52,660 bases of DNA from Batkoa obscura (taxonomy: Eukaryota), in contig JASVEC010000111.1 of the NCBI GenBank assembly GCA_030770535.1, forward strand, positions 1 through 52,660, written 5' to 3'. Below are positions 26,252 through 38,212 of this stretch, piece by piece. The notes below the pieces were generated by a model that had not been told where the DNA came from, searched no databases, and worked only from the letters and a program-made list of their open reading frames with translations. Both the position numbers and the translations under genes were made by a program. Every line of letters begins with the position of its first letter. The first letter of the stretch is position 1.

Positions 26252-26483
26252 TATAAATTAACAAATATAAACCCAAATCAAACATAAAAATTATGTTTCC
26301 ACCATTAGGCATTTCTCAAACCTAATAATCTATATAGTTCTTTCTTATTTTAAAATAATAATAATGATAGAAAGAAGTTTATTGTATATATTGTTTTGAA
26401 GACAATTTTCACACTAGTAGCACTTTTAGCGCTACTAGCTATTTCCACAACATTCGATGAATTTATTTGAAGTTTAAAGAACA

Positions 26484-26529
26484 AAGCCAAGTTAAGCCAA
26501 GTTAGGCCAAGTTGAGCCAAGTTAAGCCA
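26484..26529. repeat. 10-bp tandem array (AAGCCAAGTT x4.5)
   Basis: Direct reading: aagccaagtt aagccaagtt aggccaagtt gagccaagtt aagcca. Confidence 0.9.
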
Positions 26530-26816
26530 CCAATTAAACAACTAAAGATCAAAATTATTTCATATCTAAACCATTAAAGGTTACTTTATCTGTGATCTAG
26601 TTCACTGATTTGAGCGGTGGATATAGAAAAAACCCCAATTAATTGGTTGACGCAAGGGTATCGACCAATTAAAAAACACAATCTGACTAATGCTGTTCCA
26701 TTGATTGTCATGCAAAGTTAATCTTAATTTATTAATTGAAAATAATTTTTTCAACAATTTAAAAATTCACTTAATATTCTATCGTTTTATTTAATAATTA
26801 AATAATACATAAAGTC

Positions 26817-27862
26817 ATGGCAAGTTATCAAAAAGTAAGTGTTAATGTTTCTTGAAATAAAAGCAATGGTTTAATCACTTTTTTAGTTAAACTCTAATGA
26901 TATAGATTCAAATGAAACTGAAGCTACTCAAAGTAGTTCTTTAATTGAGCATCCATTATCTGATGCATTTCGAATAAATGAAGAAGAGGAAGAGGAGGAA
27001 GGAGAGGAAGAAAAGAAGCAAACTCAAGAAGAAGTTTCAGTAGAAAGGACGGAAACAAGAATAGAAAATAATGATAATAATATCGACAATAACGAAGAAA
27101 AACCAGAAAACGTAATACGTTTACCGCCCACAATGGGTGCTATTAATGATGGTGTATTTGCCAATTTAAGTGCAAAACCTAGTACAGAACCTAATCGTGG
27201 AGATGGTAATAGTAATAGTTTGCCTCCTCCACCTTTGTTACCTCCAAATGAGTGGGACGGAGAAACAGAATCAAATGGTCAACTTCCAGGCTATGATACA
27301 GTGATGCAAGAACCAGCACCACCTTGTTTTGATGAAAGTACTGGACATGCGCGTACTTTAAGTGCCTTAGATATTGATGATCTTTTGGTAGAAGGGTTAC
27401 CAGTTGGAGGACTAGTATCATTTGTTTGGAATGCATTTATTTCATCTTTATTTCATTATATTGGTTTTGTGATAACTTACTTTTTACATATTAACCATGC
27501 AGGAAGAGTAAGTTAATAATATTGTTTTTGTTATTTTTTATTGATTGTATTTTTAGCTTGGTTCTTTGATAGGATTAGGTATTACACTGTTAAATCAAGG
27601 ATTTGAGATTCAAGCAATATATTATAATAGCAACTTAGAGTTAATTGGGGAACAGGATAAAAAGGAAATCAATGATCTCTTTGCTATTGATGGTATACTA
27701 CCAGCATCAACAGTCTGGTTTGCTTATATATTGATGTTGTTAGGGTTCCTTATAATTGTTAAATGCAGTATGGAGTATGTACGACTTCGTAAGCAGCAAA
27801 GTGACTTACTTCAAAATCCAGAAAGTGGGATAGGCCAACCAGTCGTAACTGAAGTTAATTAA
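26817..27862 (+). CDS. Bsd2/NDFIP-like (DUF2370) Nedd4/Rsp5 adaptor membrane protein
   Basis: MASYQK exon, acidic region, NDGVFANLSAKP, LVEGLPVG, FVWNAFISSLFHYIGFVITYFLHINHAGR-LGSLIGLGITL, final TM WFAYILMLLGFLII; introns ~26835-26886 and 27508-27556. Confidence 0.88.
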
Positions 27863-27987
27863 TTTAATTCCTGTTTGTTTTTTATTTCTATTTTATGTTT
27901 ACTATTTATAAATTTTAAAAAATATTTGCTTATTGAATAAATGAAATTTATATTTAAAATGATTGAATTGGCTATAACCCTATATAT

Positions 27988-28904
27988 TTATTTATAAAAA
28001 GTGTTTTCTTTAATAAAATCCAAGTAATTCCCAACTTTAGTATAAATACCAGGTGCTGTAGCTAACCCACACTCATAACCAAAAGAAACAACTCCAACCA
28101 AAACCCATTCACCACAAACTCGTGATATAAGGGGACCACCACTATCTCCCTGGCAAGAATCAGCCTGTCCACCAATTTTTAAAGCACAAATGTGCTTTTC
28201 TTCACTTATATAAATATCTAATAAAGATTTCATATATATTTGACATAACTTGCTATCACTTATTTGTAAGTCGGCCCTTCTTAACACTCTACTGGTTTCC
28301 GTATTCCCAGCTCCATACAAGCCCCATCCTATTACTCTTACTTTATGCAAAAAATCGTTTGCAATAGTACCATCATCAAACTTAATTGGGGCTTTAACCT
28401 TAGCAGGCTTATCTAGTCTTAACACAGCAACTAAAGAAAAAGTATTAACAAAAAGCTATTAAACAATTTAAATTAGTTCTTACTATCATTAATATATAAC
28501 TCTGGATCATATTTTGGATGTTGAATAAAATCAATAATGTTAAATTTTGTCCCTTTGTTAAATTGTTCTTCATCATCAAAGTCATAAACAGATTGATACG
28601 CAATTAAACCCTGAAATCCAATTGTTTTGTTACAATGAGATGCGGTTACTATGGTATATGGATTAATCAAAGTACCGCCACAGATTACGAAACCTGGTAA
28701 TAGATCGGTAGATATAGCCATGATAAAATGATATTGCTCTGGCTCTTCTGCTATCTCTCCGTTTACAATTCTACTCCCTGATGGTAAATTTAGACCATAT
28801 CGGTTCTCTAAATTGGCTAAATCCGCTCTTAGATCATAAGACTTTAAACTGGTGATTAGTTGTAGATTTACTATTGTTAGGAATAATAGATTGAATATTG
28901 ACAT
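27988..28904 (-). CDS. secreted trypsin-like serine protease (S1A), copy 1
   Basis: Signal peptide, activation site GSR|IVNG, TASHC, ND-IAVL across one intron, ADSCQGDSGGP (Asp189 present). Confidence 0.95.
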
Positions 28905-29951
28905 GATAGTTAATATTTCGAATATAAATAAATAAAATTTTAATTGTATCTCTTTAAATTTTTGTTTAATTTAGTGATAAACATAATAGTAGTAGATCAA
29001 AAATTAAGTTGCTATTTTTGGATAATAAATGAGTTTTAAAAATTTAAAAAACTGTAGCACTTTAAAAAGTAAAAAGTAGTATAAAAATGCTATAAAATTA
29101 TAAAAAATAGTTATTTTGTTTAAAAAAATAATACCGATTAATTACAATATATGACAATGACTTTATATGATAAAAGTAGTAGCAATGAGTGATCTTTAAA
29201 GACGGTTTACATAGTTGTAATTTCAACCATGTTTATATAATAAAAAATCATAAATTAATGCTCTACCAAAGCTCCTAAAAAACATGCTATAAGCAAGCAA
29301 TATTACTACTACTTTTGCTGAAAACATTAAGCCATATCAAGCACTATAAATCCCGTAATGTTCAATTATAAAGCAGTTACCACCAAGGAAGCTTCAAAAA
29401 TATTAAAGCCATTTGCTTATACATAAAATTTACATATCCATATATCATGTATGGATAATTGATATATGAAATTTATGTACTTTAATTCACAACTTTTGAC
29501 TGAACAAGATAACCGTACTACCAAAGCTTAAACCCTTAATTAATAAATATCATTGAAACAAATATGTCACAATACTTAAAAATGGTTTAAAACGTTTCTT
29601 ATACATTAAGAGTATTAAGTTTATTACTTTTTTATTTAATTATCAAATATCTATTTTGATTTTAGGAGACAACAATGTATAAAGTATAATATAAGAATCT
29701 TTTTATACTTTATTTTTGCTTACTCTTATTCTTCAGTTTAAAATTTTAAAAAATATTTAGCTAATTTTTAAACAAAACACTGCTTTATATAGTTATTGGA
29801 AAAACTTTAAACTTGTAGTATTTAAAATATATTTTTGTTTATGGTCATAGTTGAAAAAAATTAATAACAATTTGTGTAATTCAAATTCAAAGCCAAATGT
29901 CAAATCATTGAAGATTTTGTTAATAAAAATATATAATTTGATTTTTTAGAT

Positions 29952-30046
29952 GAGAATAGATTTTTTCGTTTAATAAGTTTACTGATACTCTTTCCATCAA
30001 ATAGCGCTTAAAAATGGAAAAAGCGATGAAGTCAAAGAACATTCTC
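29952..30046 (+). mobile_element. MITE family A copy (degenerate)
   Basis: Core CAAATAGCGCTTAAAAATGGAAAAAGCGATGAAG; flanks AGAT/AAAT. Confidence 0.8.
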
Positions 30047-30965
30047 AAATTTTAAAATAATTAAAACAGGAACAAAAATGAGAATAATTAAAGCTGGTTC
30101 ACCTAAAACTAAAAATAATGTTTCTATTTTAAAAAATAGGGTCAAAACACTAGTAAAATTTGACCAAAATTTTTAATCACTAATTTTTGTCACATTTTAA
30201 TAAGACAGTTTGTAAATTGATTTAAGCTTGTTGTTGTTAATTTTCATAATTTTACTGATGAGTCGAATTCCTTTTATACTATCAAATTTAGAATGTGAAA
30301 ATCAAAAATTCTCAAACGTTATAGCTTTCTTTTAAAATTATAAATACAAAAAGATACTAGCAATAGTAATAATTAAAGTGGTAGCATACCAGATTAGATT
30401 CATTTATAAATAGCCTTCTAGTTTAGGATTATAAACTTTAATGTAAACCGCTGATTTTTTAGCAGTAAACTTTAAAAAAATACTAAATGGCTAATTTTGA
30501 AAATTATTACTACTCATTTTCAATTTAAAGTGAGAATCATCTGTATAATTATGAAGAATAAAATAAATTTACTAGCATATAGTATTAATTCTAATAAACT
30601 TAGTTATTTTGGAATCAATATAAATTATTGAATATTTTATATGCAAAAGATTATGAATATTTATCTTATACTTTGTTTATTTTTAAGCATAAAAATTGAA
30701 AAGACAATTGATAAAACTTTTAATTTTAAGCTAATTTTGTTGAAATTGGTCCATCTTGAATTTGTCAAATTTCTAAACCAGTTGCATATCATATAGAATG
30801 TGGTAAATTTATAATTTGAATAAAATCAGAAAAACTTGGGATTATTGTTATATAGTATTCGTTGAACTCGATTGAAGTATATAGGAAAACCACGTGTTTT
30901 AGCTGATATTGTGTTTACACTAATGAACTATAAAATTATTAACTTGATTATTATTAGACACTCTT

Positions 30966-31883
30966 CTATCTATAAAACGTATATTGTCTAATAAAATCCA
31001 AAAAAGCGCCAACCTTAGTATATACACCGGGTACTGTAGCTAATCCACACTGATAACCGAAAGAAACAATTCCAACCACAATCCACTCTCCACAAACTCG
31101 AGCTAAAAGAGGACCGCCACTATCTCCTTGACAAGAATCAGTTTGACCACCGATTTTTAAAGCACATACATGTTTGTCTTCACTTACAAATTCACCTAAC
31201 AGAGTTTTCATATAAAGTTGGCACATCCTGTTATCAGTTATTTGTAAATCTGCTCTCCTCAACACCCTACTAGATACTCTCCTTCCAACTTCATAGAAAC
31301 CCCATCCAACAACCCTTACTTTATGTAAAAAATCGTTTGCTATGGTACCATCATCAAACATGACTGGAGCCTTAACCCTGGCAGGCCTATTCAGTCGTAG
31401 TACTGCAACTTAAAAAAAGAGGTTAATAAAAAATTACCAAAATAAGATAACTTAGCATTTACTATCATTAACACCCAGCTCTGGGTCATAATTTGGATGT
31501 TGAATAAAATTGATAATATTATATCTGCTCCCTCTTCTAATCTGTTCTGGATCATCAAAGTCATAGATTGATTGAAAAGCAATTAAACCCTGAAACCCAA
31601 ATGTTTTGTTACAATGTGCTGCGGTTACTATGGTATATGGATTAATCAAAGTACCTCCACAGATTACGCTGTCTGGAAGCAGTCCAATGGCAATTGCCAT
31701 GATAAAATGATATTGATCAGGCTCTTCTGCTATCTCTCCATACACTATTCGACTTCCTGGTGGTAAATTTAGGCCATATCGGTTCTCTAAGCTAGCTAAG
31801 TCATTTCTTAGATCATAAGACTTTAAGCTGGTGATTAAATACAAGTTAAATATCACTAAAAATAAAAAGTTGAATATTGACAT
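30966..31883 (-). CDS. secreted trypsin-like serine protease (S1A), copy 2
   Basis: Paralog of copy 1 with the same intron position; GSR|IVYG, TAAHC, TDSCQGDSGGP. Confidence 0.95.
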
Positions 31884-32177
31884 GACAGCAGTCTCAAAAC
31901 ATCAATAAACTTTTAAACTATTAATTAAAATTTTAATTTTATGATAAACTTAATTGTAGTAGATCAAAAATCAGCTTGTCACAAGGTAGAAAAAATTATG
32001 AAGTCTTTGAACAGTCATGATAACAACGAACAAATGTACAATTTTTTTGAATTTCTTATAAAACGATTCTATAATTTATTTTTTAACGCTATAGTAGAAA
32101 GGCTAGAGATCGGTAATGTTTTGTAGGCACTTAAGTACCATGGACAAACATTGCCCACATGTTTTAAATCAACTTAA

Positions 32178-32280
32178 CCCTTTAAGAATTGAGTTTCAGA
32201 AATTAACCTAACAGTATGAAATTGATTAGAAATCGTAGTCCAATCAGAAAGCTTCTTTGAGGCTTTAGTACTCAGAGGGG
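32178..32280. mobile_element. MITE family B copy (piggyBac-like)
   Basis: TTAA|CCC...GAGGGG|TTAA with an imperfect ~14-bp TIR; related to 16728-16833. Confidence 0.7.
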
Positions 32281-32299
32281 TTAAATGAAATCAAGGTAT

Positions 32300-32392
32300 G
32301 AGGATGTTTTTTTATTTCATCAGTTTTTCCGTTTTTTAAGCGCTATTTAAGCAGAAAGTTGTTAGTAAAATTCTCAAAAAGAATACATCCCC
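32300..32392 (-). mobile_element. MITE family A copy
   Basis: GAGGATGT...ACATCCCC. Confidence 0.88.
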
Positions 32393-32904
32393 ATAAGCTA
32401 ATTTATTTTTAGATAAAATTTATATTGTAGTGCTATTTATTTATTTTACAAAATTTAAATATTAGTTATTAATTTATTATTAGAAGTTTATAAATAATGT
32501 TTTAGCTTTCTCTTATTTTAGAATTATATAATCAACGTTTTTTACTTTAGTATGCTTTTAATAAATAGTAGCTTAATATTATTAATATAAGAATAGGGCA
32601 TTAAGGTAATAATAACAATAATAATGGCAATATATCACTTATATTTGTTTATAAATAATCTTCCAATTTAGATTACAAATACCAATGTAAATCAGTTTTT
32701 TTAAGCAGGCAAGCTTTAAGAAATTAACCAACTAAATAACTAATTTTAAAAATCACTGCTTTTTTTAGATTAAACCAGATATACTCTATGTTTACTAAAT
32801 TATTAGTAAAGAATTGAAATAGACTTGAAAAATATTTAAATTATTTTCTGGTTTGTATTCATGCTATTTTATTTCATAACTGTATATACTATATTTAATT
32901 TTAT

Positions 32905-33002
32905 GAGGTGTTTTTTTTTGGGCTCATTATCTTTCCATCTTTTCAAGTACTATTGAGCGGAAAAGATATTAGTAAATTTCTTAAACAAAAAGAGACATCC
33001 CC
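32905..33002 (-). mobile_element. MITE family A copy
   Basis: GAGGTGT...ACATCCCC. Confidence 0.85.
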
Positions 33003-33640
33003 ACATATTCATTAATTATTAACTAGTATAATATCAACTCTAACGAAATGATCAAAAATGAAATTAAATAGGAACTTCAAAATTAGGAGATATATACTAA
33101 CGTTATGCTTTCTAATGATATGTATAAGTTTCAAATTCAAAGAGGAATCAAAATAGAGCTTGTCCAAAGCCAATTAGTAAAAAGTTAGATATTTAAATAA
33201 TAGTTTTATTATCATCTTTTATATACCAATTAAGTATCAATCTAAAGAAGCTTCTTTTCCTAATAAGTTATATTTAAAAGTAATATTATAATCTTAAGCC
33301 CTTAATATTATAATCAGAGTTTATTTATCAAATAATAAATCAGGGATAAATAGGAATAAGATTAAGGTGTGATTAAATTATGGGAGAGACTCAAAATTTT
33401 TTGTAAGAAAGATAGGTAATCAAAACCAAAAGCAATACAAAGTGATTGGTTATTTTAAAATAATGACAAATCAAAGCTTGTAAAAAATACCCACGCTCAG
33501 TGTTATAAATTGAACTTCGAAATTTTTTATCAATCGATAACAATCTTTGAAATTTTTTAAAATTTATAAAGGTAATATTTGATACTAACAGTGATAAGGA
33601 TAAATAGTAATACCGTCTAATTAGAAGTTTTATAAAAAGA

Positions 33641-34959
33641 ATGTTTCACCTTTATAAAGCCAGTTTAAAGACCGTTGCTACCAAGGTAAGATCTTAAATC
33701 TCAAAAAATCTCAAAAACTAACAAACAATTTAGAACTTACGTACATTCAGTACCAGTTTAAGGTCTGCTGAAGCTGTCAAGATTTCATTACCACAAACCT
33801 CTTTCGAAACTTTCAAATTAAATGAAGGACCAAACTTAGAAATTTCAGTTGAAAAAGAAGAGTTAATTCGTTTATATCAAGAGATGGTTGAAGTACGTAG
33901 AATGGAAATGGCTGCTGATGCTTTATATAAAAGTAAATTAATTCGTGGTTTCTGCCATCTTTGCACTGGTCAAGTAAGTCGAGGAGTAAAAATTTATTTT
34001 ATTAAATATTAATATCGAAACTTTTTAGGAAGCCGTTGCAAGTGGTATGGAATCAGCTATTGAAAAAGAAGACCGTATTATTACTGCATATCGTTGTCAC
34101 GGTTATACTTATACTCGTGGTGGTTCTATTAAATCCATTTTAGCTGAATTACTTGGTAATTTTTTTAAATTAACCTTGAATTTTTTAATAACCCGTTATT
34201 TTAGGTCGTGTTGAAGGTATTTCTTATGGTAAAGGAGGATCTATGCATATGTTTGCCAAAAACTTTTATGGAGGTAATGGTATTGTAGGAGCCCAAGTAC
34301 CAGTTGGAGCTGGTTTGGCTTTTGGTCAATGGTATCAAGGCAGTAAAAATGTTACTTTTGCTATGTATGGAGATGGTGCTTCCAATCAAGGTCAAGTATT
34401 TGAAGCTTACAATATGGCTAAATTATGGAACTTACCATGTATCTTTGTTTGTGAAAACAATAAATATGGTATGGGTACTGCAGCTAATCGTTCTTCTGCT
34501 TCTACTGAATACTTTAAACGTGGTGATTATATCCCAGGATTAAAGGTCAATGGTATGGATGTATTAGCTGTTAAAGAAGCTTGTAGATTTGCTAAAGAAT
34601 ATGCTTCTAATGGTAACGGACCATTAGTTATGGAAATGGTCACTTATCGTTATGGTGGCCATTCTATGTCTGATCCAGGCACTACTTATCGTACCCGTGA
34701 AGAAATTCAAAATATGAGATCCAATTCTGATCCAATTCAAGGTTTAAAACAACGTCTCTTAGAAAATGAAATCTTAACTGAACAAGAAATTAAACAAATC
34801 GAAAAGAAGGCTAGAGCTATAGTTGATGAAGCTACCGTTCAAGCTAAGAATGCTGCTGAACCTAACTTAGATGGTTTCTGGAAGGATATTTATGTTCCAG
34901 GTACCGAACCTAAATCTCTTAGAGGTCGTGAACCAAGTGAAACACACTTTTTCGAATAA
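33641..34959 (+). CDS. PDA1: pyruvate dehydrogenase E1 alpha subunit, mitochondrial
   Basis: IRGFCHLCTGQ, ITAYRCHG, GKGGSMH, TPP motif GDGASNQGQ...ENN, YGGHSMSDPG; three introns; biased codon usage. Confidence 0.98.
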
Positions 34960-35664
34960 TTGATATTGATTACTAACAAATCGATATTTAAATAAACTTT
35001 ATATCATTTCATAATAGTGATTTATTTGTTTTAAGCGTAATAACACTGTATTCATAACGCTGGAAAAAAACGATACATTTAGTCATTTATTAATATATGA
35101 TTAGTTGACAAATATATTATTTTTATATTTAGTTAAATCGTTTTGTTATGTTCTAGGTTATATTTTTTTCTATGACCCTTTTAATAGGGTATTGAGAATA
35201 TTAAACTTTTAATCGTATATTGTTTTTATTAAAACATAATGAATCTCATTGTATTGTAGTAAAAGTAGATCAAAATAAGATGTTTTTAAAAACTATTAGG
35301 TATTCTCAATTTCAATCAAAACAAACTAGAGAATTTTTGTTATAACTCTAGTTATAGCTTTATAGTTTTATACCTTTTAATACTGAGCACTATGATATTA
35401 TAAAATCATTATATCAAGGCTATCAATATTAGTTTGATAATAAAAATGTTTTCGTTCCAATACTTTGTGTATTTTTAGGTAGAACAAAATTTAAGGAGTC
35501 TTTAATAGTTAAAAAGTTAAAAATTAAATAAAAGAACAATATTTAGATCTTAAATTGGAGCTGTGATAAATAAAAGATTGAGTATAGGGATGTTGAAATT
35601 GGTTTTAGAATTTACTTGAATTAACCAAATTTTAAGTTTTTAAATTTGTAAGTCTTTAATATAT

Positions 35665-35763
35665 CGGAATATATTTTTGTGTTTAAAATTTTTACCAACA
35701 GTCTTTCCACTCAAATAATGCTTAAAAGATGGAAAAAGTAATTAAACTAAAAAAAGCATCCCC
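35665..35763 (+). mobile_element. MITE family A copy (nested)
   Basis: ATAT/ATAT flanks. Confidence 0.9.
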
Positions 35764-35863
35764 ATATGATTGATTTGAAAGCTTGAAATTAGAAAAGTTC
35801 AACTTAAAAGACTTATTTTTATTATTTTATTTTTATTAAATGTTTAATAGACATACAATATAT

Positions 35864-35962
35864 GGGGATGTATTTTTGTATTTAGGAATTTTACTAACAA
35901 TTTTTCCATGTAAACAGCGCTTAAAAGATGGAAAAAGTAATGAAGCAAAAAAAGACATCCCC
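35864..35962 (+). mobile_element. MITE family A copy (nested)
   Basis: Perfect GGGGATGT/ACATCCCC termini; flanks ATAT/ATGT. Confidence 0.92.
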
Positions 35963-36146
35963 ATGTAATATATAGAGGTATGGTTTGATTTTACTTTTTA
36001 TTAAAATAAAGACAAAATTCAAGCATTTATAGCTAAACTTTAAAACAGAATTTTTAAAAATCAATACAATAAGTAAAAGCATACTATATAAACATTGGAG
36101 TCTATTTGTATCAATTTTAGCAACTATTTATATTAATCTAAGGCTT

Positions 36147-36610
36147 TGTGAAATCTGATACTCAGGGTTTGGAGTCAAGAACAGCTATTGCTGGGTTGAC
36201 TACTCTATAAGTCGAAAGGTCTTAGTTTATATGACTAAGATAGACTTGGTTTATGAGGAATAGCACGTAATAGGTTACAAGCTATATAAGACAAATAGAA
36301 TAAACAATACTAATGTAAAATCTAGGTAAAACACTATTAAGAAAACTTAGTGGCTTTGTTAAATGTTCGAGATATCAGGTAATAATTCAGTTGAAAAGCC
36401 TCGAACTACTATACCCTGTAAACTCTTTTATACTCTGAAAAGTATAAATATCAAAATGAGAAGATAATATTCTTTGGGATGGAGCTAGAAATTCTCATAG
36501 CAAATCAAACTAAGAACGTGGGATTGATTTCCTCTGAACTCAAGAACACAACAGCTTAGGCGATTGTTATGCTATAATTAACCATAGGACTGACAAAGCG
36601 ATATTTCACA
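36147..36610 (-). mobile_element. solo LTR, 464 bp
   Basis: TGTGAAAT...ATTTCACA termini, GCTT/GCTT duplication; reverse complement of 37749-38212. Strand assigned tentatively from a TATAAAA motif. Confidence 0.85.
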
Positions 36611-36753
36611 GCTTGTAAAATTTTATTAATTTTATTAATTTTATTATTATTGATAGTAAACTTAATTAAATAACGCATAAGATTAATGCTTTAAAGGAAA
36701 AGAGAAACAAAGGCTAATAAGTAGCATTATTATCAGTTATAGTTTTAGTATAT

Positions 36754-36851
36754 GAGGATATATTTTTTTGTTTAAAAATTTTATTATCAATTTTCCACTT
36801 AAATAGTGCTTAAAAAATGGAAATAGTGATAAATTTAAAAAAAACACCTCT
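36754..36851 (+). mobile_element. MITE family A copy (nested; empty site at 19564-19567)
   Basis: ATAT/ATAT flanks versus a single ATAT in the homologous intact element. Confidence 0.92.
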
Positions 36852-37032
36852 ATATTTTTTTTAGTAAATATGAAAGTTTTAGATTTAATATAGGTAGAAG
36901 TCAATGTAACTATTCAAAATATTAACAATAACAAAATATCAGCATTACAATCTGTTACTAAAAATACAAAAAAATTAAAAATAAATAACTTAAAATCATT
37001 ACATAATATTTATTTAATAATTTAGTTACCTT

Positions 37033-37183
37033 AGAAAAAGTAATGAAACCAAAAAAATCATTCCCATGTATATTATCTGATAAATGTTCATTGTTATTTT
37101 TTTTATTAAGATTTAATATTTTTTAAGCGCTATTTAAGCGGAAAAATTGCTAATAAAATTGCTAAACTTAAAAATGCATCCCC
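37033..37183. mobile_element. two partial MITE family A fragments
   Basis: Right-end fragment 37033-37065 (+) and left-half fragment 37119-37183 (-), located where the transposase core is deleted. Confidence 0.75.
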
Positions 37184-37748
37184 ATTAGATAAAGATGTTT
37201 GATTATAGTTCTGAAGCTAACTACTCCCTTTGATGCAGCTATTTATTAACTTAATAGTATGTTAGTAATGTAATTGTAGCATTAAGATAGTTTATTTATT
37301 TAATAATAAATTTGAAATACTAGTTACAAAGTAGTTAACAATAAAAATATTCATTCATTTATATACTATAGCTTTAATTAACATGAATATATAGGTTATA
37401 TTGATAAAAGCCTTGTCAATATAGGGATTTTCATTAAATTTAATAAAAATTCTGCTAACTCACAATATAAATTATAAAATAATTCAAAACTATCAGGTAC
37501 TTGCTTTTTAATGAAAAATATTTTTACAGAATTTTAAGCAGCTTTAAAATATAAAATATAAAATATAAAATATAAAATATAAAATATCTAAAAATTAGAT
37601 AAGAAGCGAAATCAATTTGGACATCTCCATATTATCTTCTAGTAAATCAACGTTTTTTGGTTTTACGCTCATTGAATATCTTGGATATAAACGTTTTTAT
37701 CTTTAGACAAGGCTAACTGTTTAATACTATATGATCTAACCTAATCAG

Positions 37749-38212
37749 TGTGAAATATCGCTTTGTCAGTCCTATGGTTAATTATAGCATAACAATCGCC
37801 TAAGCTGTTGTGTTCTTGAGTTCAGAGGAAATCAATCCCACGTTCTTAGTTTGATTTGCTATGAGAATTTCTAGCTCCATCCCAAAGAATATTATCTTCT
37901 CATTTTGATATTTATACTTTTCAGAGTATAAAAGAGTTTACAGGGTATAGTAGTTCGAGGCTTTTCAACTGAATTATTACCTGATATCTCGAACATTTAA
38001 CAAAGCCACTAAGTTTTCTTAATAGTGTTTTACCTAGATTTTACATTAGTATTGTTTATTCTATTTGTCTTATATAGCTTGTAACCTATTACGTGCTATT
38101 CCTCATAAACCAAGTCTATCTTAGTCATATAAACTAAGACCTTTCGACTTATAGAGTAGTCAACCCAGCAATAGCTGTTCTTGACTCCAAACACTGAGTA
38201 CCATATTTCACA
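37749..38212 (+). mobile_element. solo LTR, 464 bp
   Basis: TGTGAAATAT...ATATTTCACA termini, flanks TCAG/TTAG, internal TATAAAAG. Confidence 0.85.

Larger units (their letters stand above)
35586..37628 (+). mobile_element. decayed Sola-like element carrying nested MITEs and a solo LTR
   Basis: Left end AGGGATGTTGAAATTGGTTTTAGAATTTAC, right end GAAATCAATTTGGACATCTCC|ATAT. 36680-37010 aligns with 19495-19730 and 37195-37345 with 21055-21208; the catalytic core is deleted. Confidence 0.82.

Noticed and set aside
36147..38212. Single foldback/DIRS-like element with long inverted termini
   Set aside because: Each arm has its own 4-bp duplication and TG...CA ends, and the spacer is colinear Sola relic sequence that continues outside the left arm.
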